A stretch of 64,000 bases of DNA from the human T2T-CHM13v2.0 reference genome, Homo sapiens, in assembly GCF_009914755.1 (NCBI RefSeq), contig NC_060938.1. One strand, 5' to 3'. This document shows, one piece after another, positions 16,524-32,490 of the stretch (its first letter is position 1; each line of letters starts with the position of its first letter). The notes beneath the pieces are model-generated. The model was given only the letters and a program-made list of their open reading frames with translations, did not search any database and was not told the origin of the DNA. Made by a program: the position numbers and the translations under genes.

Positions 16524-17062
16524 TCTAAAATCAGTTAAAAAAAAGAATTCAGTAAGTATTGCATGTCTACAGTGTGTGAGGCCTTGACACTTAAGTTTGT
16601 AACCTTGTTGTATGATACAATAAGTCAGGAAACAAAAAGGTAAATGGCACTTTTATCCTCATCAAAAAAATAATCATTCAATACAACAAAAGATCTGGCA
16701 CTGGAAATGTAGATATTTTATGTCTGTTAAATGAGAATAAATAAGTGCATGAATGAATGAATATAACTGACAAATAAGTGGTATAGAGAATGCTATCAAA
16801 TTTTAGGATAAAAGAAATGTTACTTTAGGCTAGTGTGATTCCAGAAACCTTTCTGGAAAAGTTAAAAATTAAGTTAAAAAAAAAAGTCCAAAATAATTGA
16901 GAGGAGACAGGTTAAAATATTCTATAATTATTCAAGCTAACAGTAGGACTAGTTAAAAGTTGGCCAGTTTCTTATATTTTACAACTATTTAATTAATAGA
17001 AAATAACTATTTAATATTTGAATATAAGAATATCTGAGCAGAGAGTTAGAAAACTGCAAAGA

Positions 17063-17815
<753 letters not shown>

Positions 17816-17878
17816 TCAAAATTCACAGCAAAACCCTTCTTCATAAACCGATTGCAGGAAGCAAGATAGTAATGGGTC

Positions 17879-18515
17879 TGTTGAGGCCCAGAACCTGATA
17901 TCCTGAAGTATGGCACCTCCGCATGCTGACTACTTTGATCTAAAGGACATTGGAAGGCAAGACCTCATAAGCAAGGTCTCTCTGACCTTCTGTCATCCTC
18001 TTATCTCCCACCCGCCTTTTCCACCAATGCTTGTGATAGAAACCAAAATTCCTCTTCTCCAAGTTGGTCATAGAAACTAGAGGTTCTCTCCTCCAAAGCA
18101 AGCCATAAAACCTCGAAAGCTCACTGTCTCCCTTCTGTCTTCTCCGTTGATGATCCTCATTCCAGAGGAGTCCTACCGCATAACCTAGAGGAAGGAATGA
18201 GGCACAGAGAGGCTAAGGAGAATCTGGACAGGCCTTGCTGGGTTTTTCCCTACTCACTCTCTAACCAGTAGTTCATACCATTTTGTCCAATCCCATTTCT
18301 ACATGACTGCCTATCTTTCATCAAATCTAAGCATAAAAACAGATAGTTTTCCTGGGATCTTAGCCTTCATTTTCTGAAGGCTCCTGTGTCACATAAAACT
18401 TTGATTAAATAAATGTGTTGTGTTTTTCTCTTGTTAACCTAACTTTTGCTATAGGAGTATCGGCCGTAACAATTATGATGGGTGAGGAAAGGTATTAGAC
18501 CTTTCCAACCCTACA
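17879..18515 (+). mobile_element. ERV1 solo LTR (MER39/LTR29-related)
   Basis: TG...CA ends, exact 4-bp TSD ggtc, aataaa at ~18408. Confidence 0.8.
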
Positions 18516-20456
18516 GGTCTACTGATTCACTGGAAGTCAGGTTACATTTGTAGAGAAGGTCACTCCAAATTGCTTAATGACCTACACAAAATAACGTATT
18601 AAGTCATTTTTACTTAAGTGTGTGCCTCTGGTTGTGGGAATAAAACAGAAATGCTTTGGTCCCCAAAATGCTAATTTTTACCTGCTAAACACATCCACAA
18701 TACACATAAATACAGTAAAGAAAAAAGAAAAAAAAGTGAAACCACAGCATTCTAACAGCTGTTGCTGCTTTCCAGCTAATGGGCCTTATTTTGGGAAAAA
18801 GCAGCAATTACATGTTAAAATCTGTGTGTACATGTGTAGGGCAGACTAAACAGTGTCAGGGCTCAGGAAAACACTATTACACCCTCCCCCATCTGTTCAA
18901 CATAAAGCAGTATTTTTTCTCCCACCTCTACTAACCCACACACAAAAATGACCTGTCTGGAGGAGACAGAAATTAAACTCCCAGACTGAGTGGTCTGCTT
19001 TCCTGTCCAGCATAGAGGAACATTGATGATTTACTACATATTGCAAACTTTCATCACACAAAACATCACTTACAGCACTTATGTGATTAACTAATTAAGT
19101 CATTAGACACAAAGGTGCTTATCATGAGATAATTACATCTCAGGGATATGAAGAAAGAAACAGAGCCCAGCTTGAAACAGGAGTCCTTGCTATTACAAGG
19201 TCTCCTTCATTACAGAAAGGGTATCCAAGTAGGCAGGTGGAGGAGATGAAAGATATGTGTTTCTCCACCAAGAGAGTTGAGGTTAGAGGTCAAAGTGAAA
19301 AATCCTTGACATCCAGATTTGACAATTATGTAGACTCCACTAATCGGTACCAGGGTGTCCACAGGACATGTGGACTGGAAAGGACTGGGAAGGTGCACCA
19401 GGAGGATGGGAAGAGCCAACCACTGAGCTGAATGCATTTGTTACAACTCCCCTGGAGGTCTAATTGCTGATAAAATTAAACATGCAAAGAGATATCTCTG
19501 CATGGCAAACTTATAAATCAAAGGTTTCTTAATGTGGTTTTGAAAACTATCAGATCATATCACTTGATGGTAACCAAGAAGGGAAATATTTTTCTCTAAG
19601 TGTTTATCTCAATAACACTGTATATACATCCACAGATACATGTTGAGTGTATATGTGAATACATGCTTCTACAAACAGATATCCATATATACAGGCATAT
19701 GTAAGAATGAAGATACAGAAGAGCCAACATTTACCAAGGTATGCAGGCTTGTAAAATTGTTATCAATCACTAAAGAGGAAGCTTATCTATCATCATTAGC
19801 ATCATTAAAATATCTTTAATTTTATAACTTGCTACACAAGAGTTTATGTGCAAAAATATATACACACACAGAACTATTAAACTCTGTTCAGGGAAGATGT
19901 GGGGCATTCCTTTCTAAACAGGTTTTTTGATACATGTGGTTTTATTTGTATAAGGATGCATTATAGGGTTTGCCATAGCAAATGCAATGTATTGCCTTCG
20001 AGGTATAATGATAACTCAAAGCCACATTACCTATATATTTATTTGTTTATTTTTATTAAATTATATCCATGTTTTTTATAAATGTAAGTGGTACAAGTGC
20101 AATTGTGTTACATGTATGTACGGTGTAGTAGTGAAGCCTGGGCTTTCAATATAACCATCACCCAAACAGAGTCGTAACCTGTAGGCAATTTCTCATCCCT
20201 CACTCCCCATTTTTGTGAGTCTCCAATTTCTCCAATTATTCTACTCTCTATGTTCATGTGTATACATTGTTTGGCTCCAACGTATAAGGGAGAACAAGCG
20301 GTTTTTGATTTTCTGTTTCTGAGTTATTTCACTTAAAATAATGGTCTCCAGTTCCATCCATTTTGCTCTAAGAGATATGATTTTATTCTATTTTATTACT
20401 TAGTATTTGACGTGTGTGTGCGCACGCTCACATGTGTGTATACACAAATATAAATG

Positions 20457-20495
<39 letters not shown>

Positions 20496-21626
20496 CATTT
20501 CTTTTTAGAATCATCCACTGATGTACACTCAGGTTGAATACATGTCTTTGCTATTGTAAATAGTGCTGTGATAAACATATGAGTGCAGGCATCGTTTTAT
20601 AACAAATCCTTTTTCTTTGGGTAGATACACACTAGTGAGATTGCTAGATTAAATGGAAGTTCTGTTGTTCATTTCTTGAGAAATCATCATATTATTTCCC
20701 ATAGAAGTTGTACTAAATTACAGTCCCACCAGTAGTGTATAAGCATTTCCTTTTCTCTGCATCCTTGCCAATATCTGTTGTTTTTTGACTTTTTAGTCAT
20801 AACCATTATGACTGATACAAGATGATAGCTCATTGTGGTTTTAATTTACATTTCCCTGATGATTAGTGATGTTGAACATTTTTCATATGTTTTTTGGCTA
20901 TTTGTATGTCTTCTTTTGAAAAATGTCTGTTCATATCCTTTGCCCACCTTTTAATGGATTTATTTGTTTTTTTGGTTGTTAACTTGTTTGAGTTCCTTTT
21001 AGATTCTGCATAGTAGTCCTTTGTCAGATGCATAATTTGCCAATATTTTTTACCCATTCTGTCAGCTGTTTACTCTGTTGATTATTTCTTTTGCTGTGCA
21101 TAAGCTTTTCAGTTTAATGAAGTCCCATTTGTCTGTTTTTGTTTTTCTTGCATTTGCTTTCGAGGTCTCAGTCATAAATCTTTTGCCTTAGCCAACGTCC
21201 AGAAGAGTTTTGTTTTGGTTTGCTTCTAGGATTTTTAAAGCTTCAGGTCTTACATTTTAGTCTTTAATCCATCTTGAGTTAATTTTTGTATATGGTGAAG
21301 CATATGGGTCCAGTTTCATTATTCTAAATATGGCAACTCCATTTTTCTGGCACCGTTTATTGATTAGGGTATCCTTTCTCCAGTGTATGTTTTTGTTGAC
21401 TTTGTTGAAGATCAGCTTGTTGTAGGTATGTGACTTTATTTCTGAGTTCTCTATTCTGTTCCATTGATCTTTTTGTGTATATTTATGCTAGTACCATGCT
21501 TTTTTTGGTTACCGTGTTATAGTAGTGTAATTGGAAGTCAGGTAATATGATGCCTCCAGCTTTGTTCTTTTTGTTTAGGATTGCTTTGGCTGGCTTTTTG
21601 TTGCTGTTGTTCCATATGAATTTTAG

Positions 21627-21941
<315 letters not shown>

Positions 21942-22024
21942 TAGGATTGCTTCTCTAGTTCTGTGAAAAAATGATGTTGGTATTTTGATAAGAATTAACT
22001 GAATCTGTAGATTGCTTTGGGTAG

Positions 22025-22334
<310 letters not shown>

Positions 22335-24609
22335 AGTATAATCATTTTAACAATATTGATTCTTCCAACCCATGGGCATGGAATGTTTTCCTATTTGCTT
22401 TTATTATCTACAATTTCTTTCATCAGTGTTTTGTAGTTTTCTTTGTAGAGATCCTTTACCTCTTTGGCTAAATCTATTCCTAGGTTTTTGTTTGGTTTGG
22501 TTTGGTTTTCTAGCTATTGTAAATGAGATTGAGTTATTGATTTGGATCTCAGCTTGGTTACTATCAGTATATACAATGACTACTGATTTTTCTACATTGG
22601 TTTTGTACCCTGAATCCTTAATAAATTTATGTGTTAAATCTAGGAGTCTTTTGGAAGAGTCTTTAGGATTTTCTAGGAATCAGATTACATCAGCAGCAGC
22701 AAACACAGATAATTTGACTTCCTCATTTCCAGTTTGAATGCTTGTTATTTCTTTTTCTTTCCTGATTGCTCTGGCTAGAGCTTCTAATAGTATGTTGAAT
22801 AGTAGTGGTGAAAATGGGCATACTTGTCTTATTCCAGTACTTAGGGGAAATGCTTTCAACTTTTTCCCATTCAGTAATGTTGGTTGTGGGTTTGTCATAT
22901 ACAGCTTTTATTATTTTGAGGTATGTTCCTTCTATGCCTAGTTTATTGAGGGTTTTTAATCATGAAGGAGTGCTAAATTTTATCAAATACTTTTTCTGGG
23001 TCTCCTGAAATGATCACATGGTGTTTGTTTTTAATTCCATTTATTTGGTGAATCACATTTATTGATTCACCATTATAAACCATATATTAAAACATCCTTG
23101 CATCCCTGAAATAAAAGCTACTTAGTCACAGTATATTATCTTTCCAATTTGCTATTAGATTTGGTTTAATAGTATTTTGTTGGAGATTTTTGCATTTATG
23201 TTCATCAGAGATGTTAGCTTTTCTTTTTTATTGTGTCTTTGCCTGACTTTTGTTTCAGGGTGATACTGGCTTCATAGCATGAGTTAGGGAGGATTCTTTC
23301 CTCCTTGATTTTTGAAACAGTTTTGTAAGATTGGTACCAGTTCTTTGTACATCTGGTAGAATTTGGCTGTGAATTCATCTGGTCTTGGGCTTTTTTGTTG
23401 TTGTTGTTGGGAGATTACCATGTTTTCAATTGAAAGTGATTATAAAAAGAGAAAAAAATACCAAGAAAATGCAAAATGGATATTTAGATAGAGAAGATAT
23501 TTGCTTTAGCAGAGATAATAAAAAATGGAAAACTCGTGAAGTCCCTTAAGTTACTCTGTGGTTCCAATCACTTAAGATTACTGGAATATTTATATTTCAG
23601 GTTTGAATCTAAATTGTCAATTTTATCAATCTTTTCTAAATACACTATACATGAATTAAAAATATACATGTTAAGGATGGAGTCTGATGGTATAAAACTA
23701 ACATTAACCAGAAAGTCAGCAGATCTAAGTTCAGGATCAACATCTCTCCTACCAACTTTGTGTTTGAAGAAACTCACCTAGCATTTCTTTACCTTAGCCT
23801 TTATATCTGTAAAATAAATCATCTAAATCTGTCCCTTCTCCTATCCACATACCCTCTATAACCTACAACATCTCTCTCTTTCACACATACACAAACACAC
23901 ACACACACGATAGGTCAAAACTTTTCCAAAATCATTGGGAAAGCTGCTCAATTTTTTTTAAGTCTATAAAATGCTCATTTTCTTTTCAAATAATTGTATT
24001 AGAATAGACAATTCATTAGTACAAAGCCAAAGTTAGTAACATGCTCATGATTTTGCGTTATTCTTCCCTGTGTTTCCTTATTGCTTATCCATTGTCATGC
24101 AAGAATGTGATTCACAGATGACAGACTAGGACTCACTACGTGCTATGGTCCTTTCCCTTATGATCTTGTAACCCATGTAAGAAAAGTAAGTGAACACACT
24201 ACTCAAGAAAATATGTAACTGAATATTAATTATGGCTTAAAAATTCAAAGCTCTATAGGCATTTATAAGAGAATTTTTCAAAAATGAGTTGAACAAATGT
24301 ACAACTTGGACAAGGAGAAGAGCGAGAAGGCTGTCTGAACAAGCAGTGCATACAGTAGTTTGAATAAAAGTGCAGAAGTGGAAACAAGGCACACTCAGGG
24401 GAAGTACTCAGCAACAGAGGCTGCACACTGAAGGCTGTGAAAATCTACCTGACCGAAATATGGTATCATCTGCTACTCTTAGTTCATCCTGGTTTTACAA
24501 CTAGTTTATAAAATGCCATAAAAATATTTGGCTTCAAGATTTTTTTTTTGGTTGTAGGTGAAAGATCTATGGATACTATTAATATTTTTAAATATAGATA
24601 AAATCTGGG

Positions 24610-25140
24610 AATATTCCGCACTGATGAGGTCTTGGAGAAATGAGCACCATTTACAAGTGCTGGTGAAAATCTCGTCAGACCTATATTTCTAAGAAGCATG
24701 TTGGCAAAATGTGTCAAAATCCATAAAAGTTTTTTATATTCTTAGTTAATTCTACATTTAGAGATTGTTCTTCAAGGAAAAAAAAATTACATATAAATGC
24801 TTTAAGCACAAAGATGTTTATTATGGTTCTTATAGTAGGTGAAAGTAATAATAATAATTTAAAGTGTTTAACAATGGGTATAGGTTATATAAAGTATAAT
24901 ACAGCCACATAATGAGTATTATACGTAGTCATTAAAATATTGAATAAGTGCATTTTCCTATCAATTAAACACAATACATTAATTTGGATATGTATGTGCA
25001 TGCACACATATACAGAAAAGTTCAAGAATCACTTAAATTTGAAATCTTAACAGCTATTAACTCAGAAGTGGGATAAAAAGTGTTTCTTCTTTTATATGTG
25101 TATATTTTATCATTATTTCACAATAAATCCATACTATTTG
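24610..25140 (+). mobile_element. Ancient L1ME-type fragment
   Basis: Degenerate L1 3' motifs (gaggtcttggagaaatgagcac...caaagatgtttattatgg...gtcattaaaa). Confidence 0.5.
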
Positions 25141-25285
25141 TGCACTAAAATTTTCTAAAAGCAAGAACATCAATCAAGATCATATTTATGACATGTGAAA
25201 TATATTTTAATTTGAGGTATAAATATACAAATGGCATACACAATTCATTTGGCACTGTTGACATTATTTCTCCATGCTGGCTTTT

Positions 25286-25567
25286 ATATGTATTTATTTT
25301 TTTGAGATGGCGTCTCGCTCTGTCCCCCAGGCTGGAGTGCAGTGGCACAATCTGCTCACTGCAATCTCTGCCTCCCAGGTCCAAGCAATTATCCTGCCTC
25401 AGCCTCCTGAGTAGCTGGGATTACAGGCGCCCACAACCACGCCCAGCTATTTTTTATATTTTTAGTAGAGACAGGGTTTCACCACGTTGGACAGGCTGGT
25501 CTCGAGCCCCTGACCTCGTGATCTGCCCGTCTTGGCCTCCCAAAGTGCTGGGATTACAGGCGTGAGT
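25286..25567 (-). mobile_element. AluS, slightly 5'-truncated
   Basis: Alu consensus; TSD catgctggctttt. Confidence 0.92.
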
Positions 25568-25599
25568 CATGCTGGCTTTTTAAACAGTGTTTCTTCCTG

Positions 25600-26530
25600 T
25601 ACTACATGATTCACGTTCTCCTATTCACTTCTCACCTCTCCGGTCAGTCCTTCTGTCTGCATTACTGGCCTTTTTTCTTCTGCTGATTCTCTACGTGCAG
25701 ATGCATCTTCAAGTTATGCTTTGTTTCCTACCTTTTACTTCGCCCGCTTTTCCCTCCGGAGCTCATCTACTAACACCTGTATATTAGTCATGCACTAAAT
25801 TTTATCTTCAGCCAGAACTGCGAGGTATTTCCACATGGATATTCCATAATGACTGAAACTGTACATAAGGACGCTGAATTAATCAGCATAGCCCAGAAAT
25901 CTAATCCTCTTCCTTGACTCCATTTATTGGCCGTCGATCCATAATTTATAAACTGAGCTGAAAACTGGGAAGCCATCATTGACTTTTCCCTCTCCCTCAC
26001 CCCTGCGTTCTTCTAATTAATCACTGGCCCTGCTGACTTTACCTCTTAAATATTTCTGGCATGTATCACCTCCTCTTTCTTAAATACAACTGTCCTGAAT
26101 CAGCACATATCATCACTTCTCTAAAGCACTGCAACAGCTTCCCAACTGGTTTTTGTGCCTTAAGTCTTGCTCCTTCTCATGTTCATTCTACAAGGCTTGG
26201 CCAGAAGATCATGCTTCAGCCATAAATCTAAATAATTCACTCTCCTGCTTTAAATCCTCCAACAGCTCCTCATGGCCTATAGGATAAATTCTAAGTTCCT
26301 TGATGCATTTTGCAGGATCTTTTTTTTATCACGCCTTTGCTTTCTGAGAATTTCATCTCAGCAAATACAAACCTGCTTATATTTCCATCCACACATTGCC
26401 TTTCCCTCGCCGTTATCTAGCCACTTTGCTTTAGCGTTTATCTTCTTTTCCATCCACAAGACCATCGAGCAGCTGATTCCTACTTACCTGTTAAGACTCA
26501 CTTGAGGTTTCACCTTCTCCAGGAAGTGTT
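25600..26530 (+). mobile_element. L2 LINE fragment
   Basis: L2 motifs (tcactctcctgctttaaatcctccaacagctcctcatggcctataggataaa; tcaccttctccaggaag). Confidence 0.7.
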
Positions 26531-26548
26531 ACTCACTCATCAGACAAA

Positions 26549-27666
<1,118 letters not shown>

Positions 27667-29470
27667 TCCAACACTCTCCTTTTTGTGAGTAGAAATGCAC
27701 ATGGTTAGGGTTTGCTCTACTCTCTTCCTGTCTGTCTTTTTCACTGCACTTGTTCCCTCGTTGTGTGATCTACTTTGGTGTCTGACTCCTGCATAGACTG
27801 TGATAACCTTAAAGTTGGGAAAAAACATACCTCAAAAGTACATAGTGCTCATTCCTGGATGGAGAGATTACGACTATTTGCTTTCAAAATATTTTTACAA
27901 CTTGATTAATGAGCATACGTCTGTTAAAACAATTATTACCTTTATAGTTTGCAAAAAGCAAAAAAAACTTGTTGCAAAATTCTGGTTTGCTTTTCATTTC
28001 AACTCTTAGTACACTCCTGCTACACAGGGTCATGTACTTTCGACCTTTACATCTGTTTCATCTGGTATTTACTTTCATATTTCTGAATATTAGACTTACA
28101 CTGCTATACTGATGCTATTCCTTTATCTCTCTCTATTATTTGATGATATATCTATTTTTAAAACACCATCCAAACATACACTCATGCACATATGCACATC
28201 TTCTCTCCAGCTTCCCAGTATTTAAATTGCAATTTTGAACTAAATCAGCATCTGTCATATTATAACTATGTAAATATTGTTCACTCCTGAACCAAGTAAT
28301 GTACTTTAATTTTGTTTCCTCTATTATACAAATTTCTGTTTTACCTGAATGTACTACTTGTTTCGCCTGAACTGTCTTGCTGACAGTTGTGGTTAGTTGA
28401 AGTAGCAGCAGCAGCAGCGACCACATTAATGATAAGGATCATGGGAGTAGAAATAACAATAGGAACCCTTCTCTTTTCAAAGGCTATTGTCACTGACTGT
28501 CATATAATTCAACGATCTTTCTGATCCCCTTCCCTCATCATATTTGTAATTAATATCTGCCACATATACACTGGTTTTTCTGCCTCTTCTTCAATTTGGG
28601 AAGTATCCAGTATCATCCTATGTGGCCAACCCCATAATCCTTTATTAAATCTTTTCCTTGATTTCCTGGATCCTGTAGACATCTCTTAGCCCCTCAGAAT
28701 CGTTTCCAATCAGAATATTCTTACATGCAAAATGGATTGAAGACTTGAAAATGTGACCTTTCTCAGCTTGGACTCTGATCACGCATATTAGAAACAGTGA
28801 AAAAAAACTGATGATTTTTATTATTTGACATTAACGTTTAATTTCATGTAGAAACTTTGTGACTGTAAGTAATGAGCTCAAATGCTTTTAAGCAACCTGG
28901 TTATAATCTATCAAAGCAGCTGTGTGAAAGTTGGCAATGAAGAATAAAATAAACATTCAAAAATATGAAAGTATACAGCTTTCTATATATTAACATGGTA
29001 ATGGATGAGATGGTTTTGGAAAAGTAAGTAACTGGGTTACTTTATTTGTCATGAGATATTTATAATTTTAATTTCTGCTGTACTTTTAAAGTCAAATATA
29101 ATAAATGGGGCTTAAAGCAACTGAATTTGTTTTGTTCTGTTTGTATTGTTGCTTTTGTTTTTAACTGAAGCATTTTAGAAAATGTGTATTCCACTCCCAG
29201 TGTCCTCTTTATAGATAGGGTCATTTCTAACACCCTAATTTGGGTTTCATTACATGTTGTTGTTCCATTGTAGAGTACCCAGTCTTATACAGCCATACCT
29301 GACCCTAAGCAATTACAGAGAATACACAGAGTTCAACCAAAATAGAAAATAAAAGCATGAATGCACTTGTATTCCCATGTAAGGAAAAATACTTGGGGCA
29401 AGAAAAGTAGACTTCAGGACAAAAATATAAGCAGACCAAGATATGAGATCCCATTATTTATTGAGCACCT

Positions 29471-29622
29471 TCTCTCTCTCTCTCTCTCTGTGTGTGTATA
29501 TATACACACACATATATATGTCTATATATACATATATACACATACATACATATATACATACATACGCATGTGTGTTTGTGGAGATATACATATGTGTGTG
29601 TGTATATATACATATATGTATA
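29471..29622. repeat. Compound (CT)n(GT)n(TA/CA)n microsatellite
   Basis: Directly visible. Confidence 0.9.
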
Positions 29623-30990
29623 TCAGTCATTGAACCAGCTGATTTACAAGTAATATCTTACATAACCCTCTCCAAACCAAAATAAGATGTAGAAATATTG
29701 TTCCCATTTTATAAGTATGAAAATTGAATCTTGGAACGATTAGATAGGCCAAAGTCACAAAAACTGTGGTAGAGTTTCACTTGGAGTCCAAATTAGTTAG
29801 AAACCATTCTAAGTATGTTTAAAACTATTTCATGAACAAATAAAATATTGCTCAGATCAAACACTACCCTGTCCCCTCAACAATAAAAAAAATGGAAATG
29901 TTGAATGAAAAAAACAAAAGGAATATGACCCCAAGGAAAACATCCAGCACTTTCCAAATGAAGGCTAACTTGGAGAATGAAAGTAATTCCTATCTTGTTT
30001 TCCAAAGAAAACAAGCAGAATATTCAAAGGCTAGAAGAAAATCACATCCAGGACTTGATTAAGAAATGATTTAAGATTCTTCTAACTCCCATATCAATCT
30101 GTGTTTAGGTTTAGATGTGCCCCAACTAGTATTATTTCTAATTACACATTGCACTAATATTATTTCTGGTATCCAACAAAAATTTTTTAAAAAGTCAGAA
30201 ACAAAGCAACTGTTAATTTGCAAGGGGAAAAACCTCTAAAATATTTAGAATTCAGTTAAATGTAATTCATATTGGAAATATTTCAAGTTTTGCCTTTATC
30301 TTAAGTTCTGATTTTGACTGTTAGACTTTTCTACATTTCAGAACATTCCAAATACATGTCAATTTATTTTAACTTCTGGAAAAACGTAAGAGAAAAACCA
30401 TTTATAAAAGCAACTGAGCAGCTGATAGAGTCTACATTGACTCAACCAAGAGTTCACAAATGTTCTTTGGTAACAGAAAAGGTAAAAGAAGTGTGGAATT
30501 TGATCTGAAGATTATATATTTTAATTTTGGGAATATTGATCCATTGCAAATGAAAGTGGAAGTCCCATTTTCTCTAGCTTGACTAAAATGGTTTCCCACA
30601 AAGACTCTGGGACCATATTAACATCTTCTATCTTATGTAAATTAGAAGTTAATGAACATAAAAACCATTAGTCTTCACTTACGTTCTAGAATTGAATCGA
30701 TGCAATTGATTTTAAAGTTCAGAAGCACTCCATGTTTCAGTAAAGCATATAGAGGCTTTTAAGACTCTGATTTAGCACTATAAACAAGCCCATCAGATTG
30801 ATAAGAATTCCCAGAAGAAACAGAAAGACAGCAGTTACTGAGCTTGGAATTCTACATGCATGACATGAAATCCTGCTTCTTTTCTTAACTTCATTCCTGA
30901 CCTACTGAGGAGACAGGGTAAGTTATGCAAAACAGAACATAATGAGGTTCTTGTGTTCAAATTACATGAAGTCTCCATTCTTCCATAAAA

Positions 30991-30992
<2 letters not shown>

Positions 30993-31041
<49 letters not shown>

Positions 31042-31060
31042 GAGAGAGAGAGAGAGAGAG
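30993..31060. repeat. (AC)n(AG)n compound microsatellite
   Basis: Directly visible, about 23 AC units then about 10 AG units. Confidence 0.95.
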
Positions 31061-31571
31061 AAATAATCATATAGGTGCTAGAACATATTCTATAACTTAC
31101 ATAAAACAAGTTGAATTTTCATTTGAGTTTGAGGAGAAATATTATGGACCATGTTCAGTGGTGACCCAGTAACTCTTTCTGAATAATAACTCTTTCTGCT
31201 CCCCCACTGGGATTTCTGGGAGCTTTGCATTTACCTCACAGTGGTATGAGCCATGTGGTCACATCCTATAAAGTCATCACTTTCTAAGGTCACCAGATGT
31301 ATGGAGAAAAGGCCAAGCAGGCTTCTTACTGAAGTCTTTAACCCCAGAGTCAACAACAGTGCACCATCAATTTAGTTAGAAAACAAGAATGACTTAGTGT
31401 CCCATTTCTGAGCAAAGATTTCTTCTGAATTAAGCCTCGTTTTTATTTAAAACAAGCAAACAAATGAGCAAACACTGCCAGATTGGAGTTGTAGTCTTCT
31501 CTTTTAACAGATGCAGTTGATTTCTCCAAACAAGTACTATTTCTTTGAAGTATACTTAATTATCAAGAAAT

Positions 31572-31735
31572 GACAGGGTGTGGTGGTTTTTGCCTGTAGT
31601 CCCAGCTATTCAGGAGGCTGAGGCAAGAGGATGGCTTGAGCCTGGGAATTTGAGGCAGCAGTGAGCTATCACCATGCCCCGGCACTCCTGAGTGACAAAG
31701 CTAGATTCTATCTCTAAAATAGAATAAATAAAAAT
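31572..31735 (+). mobile_element. FAM/FRAM-type free Alu monomer
   Basis: Single diverged right-arm-like monomer with A-rich tail; TSD aagaaat. Confidence 0.8.
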
Positions 31736-32039
31736 AAGAAATAGGAATTCACAGTTTTAACCTCTGCCATCATCATGGGTGTGGTTTCCTGGTTCATCTC
31801 CCCACCCCTGCCCAACCATGGCTGCTGAAGAGTCCAAAAGGAACAGTCAGTGAAAATTATGAAATTTGATGATCTGATCATCTCAAAAACAACTACAAAT
31901 TCGAGAGCTTTTAGTTTCTGTAAATTCTACATAATTTACAACAAAAACTGATAAAGAAGAAGATTAGAAACATCAAAATATTTCTCCAGAGGGCAAAATC
32001 TACTAGCTCATCAACAGAAATTATATATGTGAATAAATT

Positions 32040-32490
32040 TATATAACATATATAAGTATATATAATATAGTATGTCATATGTATATATTATATATTAATA
32101 TATTATGTGTAATATGTGTATATAATATACTACATGTATGTTGTGTATATTAGATTAAATATATATGTATATAATATACACATTACATAGTAATATGTAC
32201 ACATGTTAATAATATACACATATTACATATTACATAGTATTTGTATATAATATCTAATATATGTATATATGTACATATATACATATATTATTTGTATATA
32301 TAGTGTATAAACTATGTGTACATTATATATTGTATACATTATATACAGTATACAGTATATTGTATATATTATATATAATATAATGTACATTGTATACATT
32401 ATATACACATATGTATATATACACAAAATATATATTTATATATAAGATATATTATCCTGTATACATATATTATGTATTGTAATATATATA
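32040..32490. repeat. AT-rich low-complexity degenerate (TA)n tract
   Basis: Directly visible, with a repeated ttgtatacattatataca unit. Confidence 0.9.

Noticed and set aside
31170-31199. Direct repeat taactctttctg twice; similar 10-12 bp duplications at ~7360, ~43903 and ~59062
   Set aside because: Ordinary slippage-type micro-duplications, not an array
29361-32426. Y/I/H/T-rich ORFs
   Set aside because: Microsatellite and low-complexity artefacts
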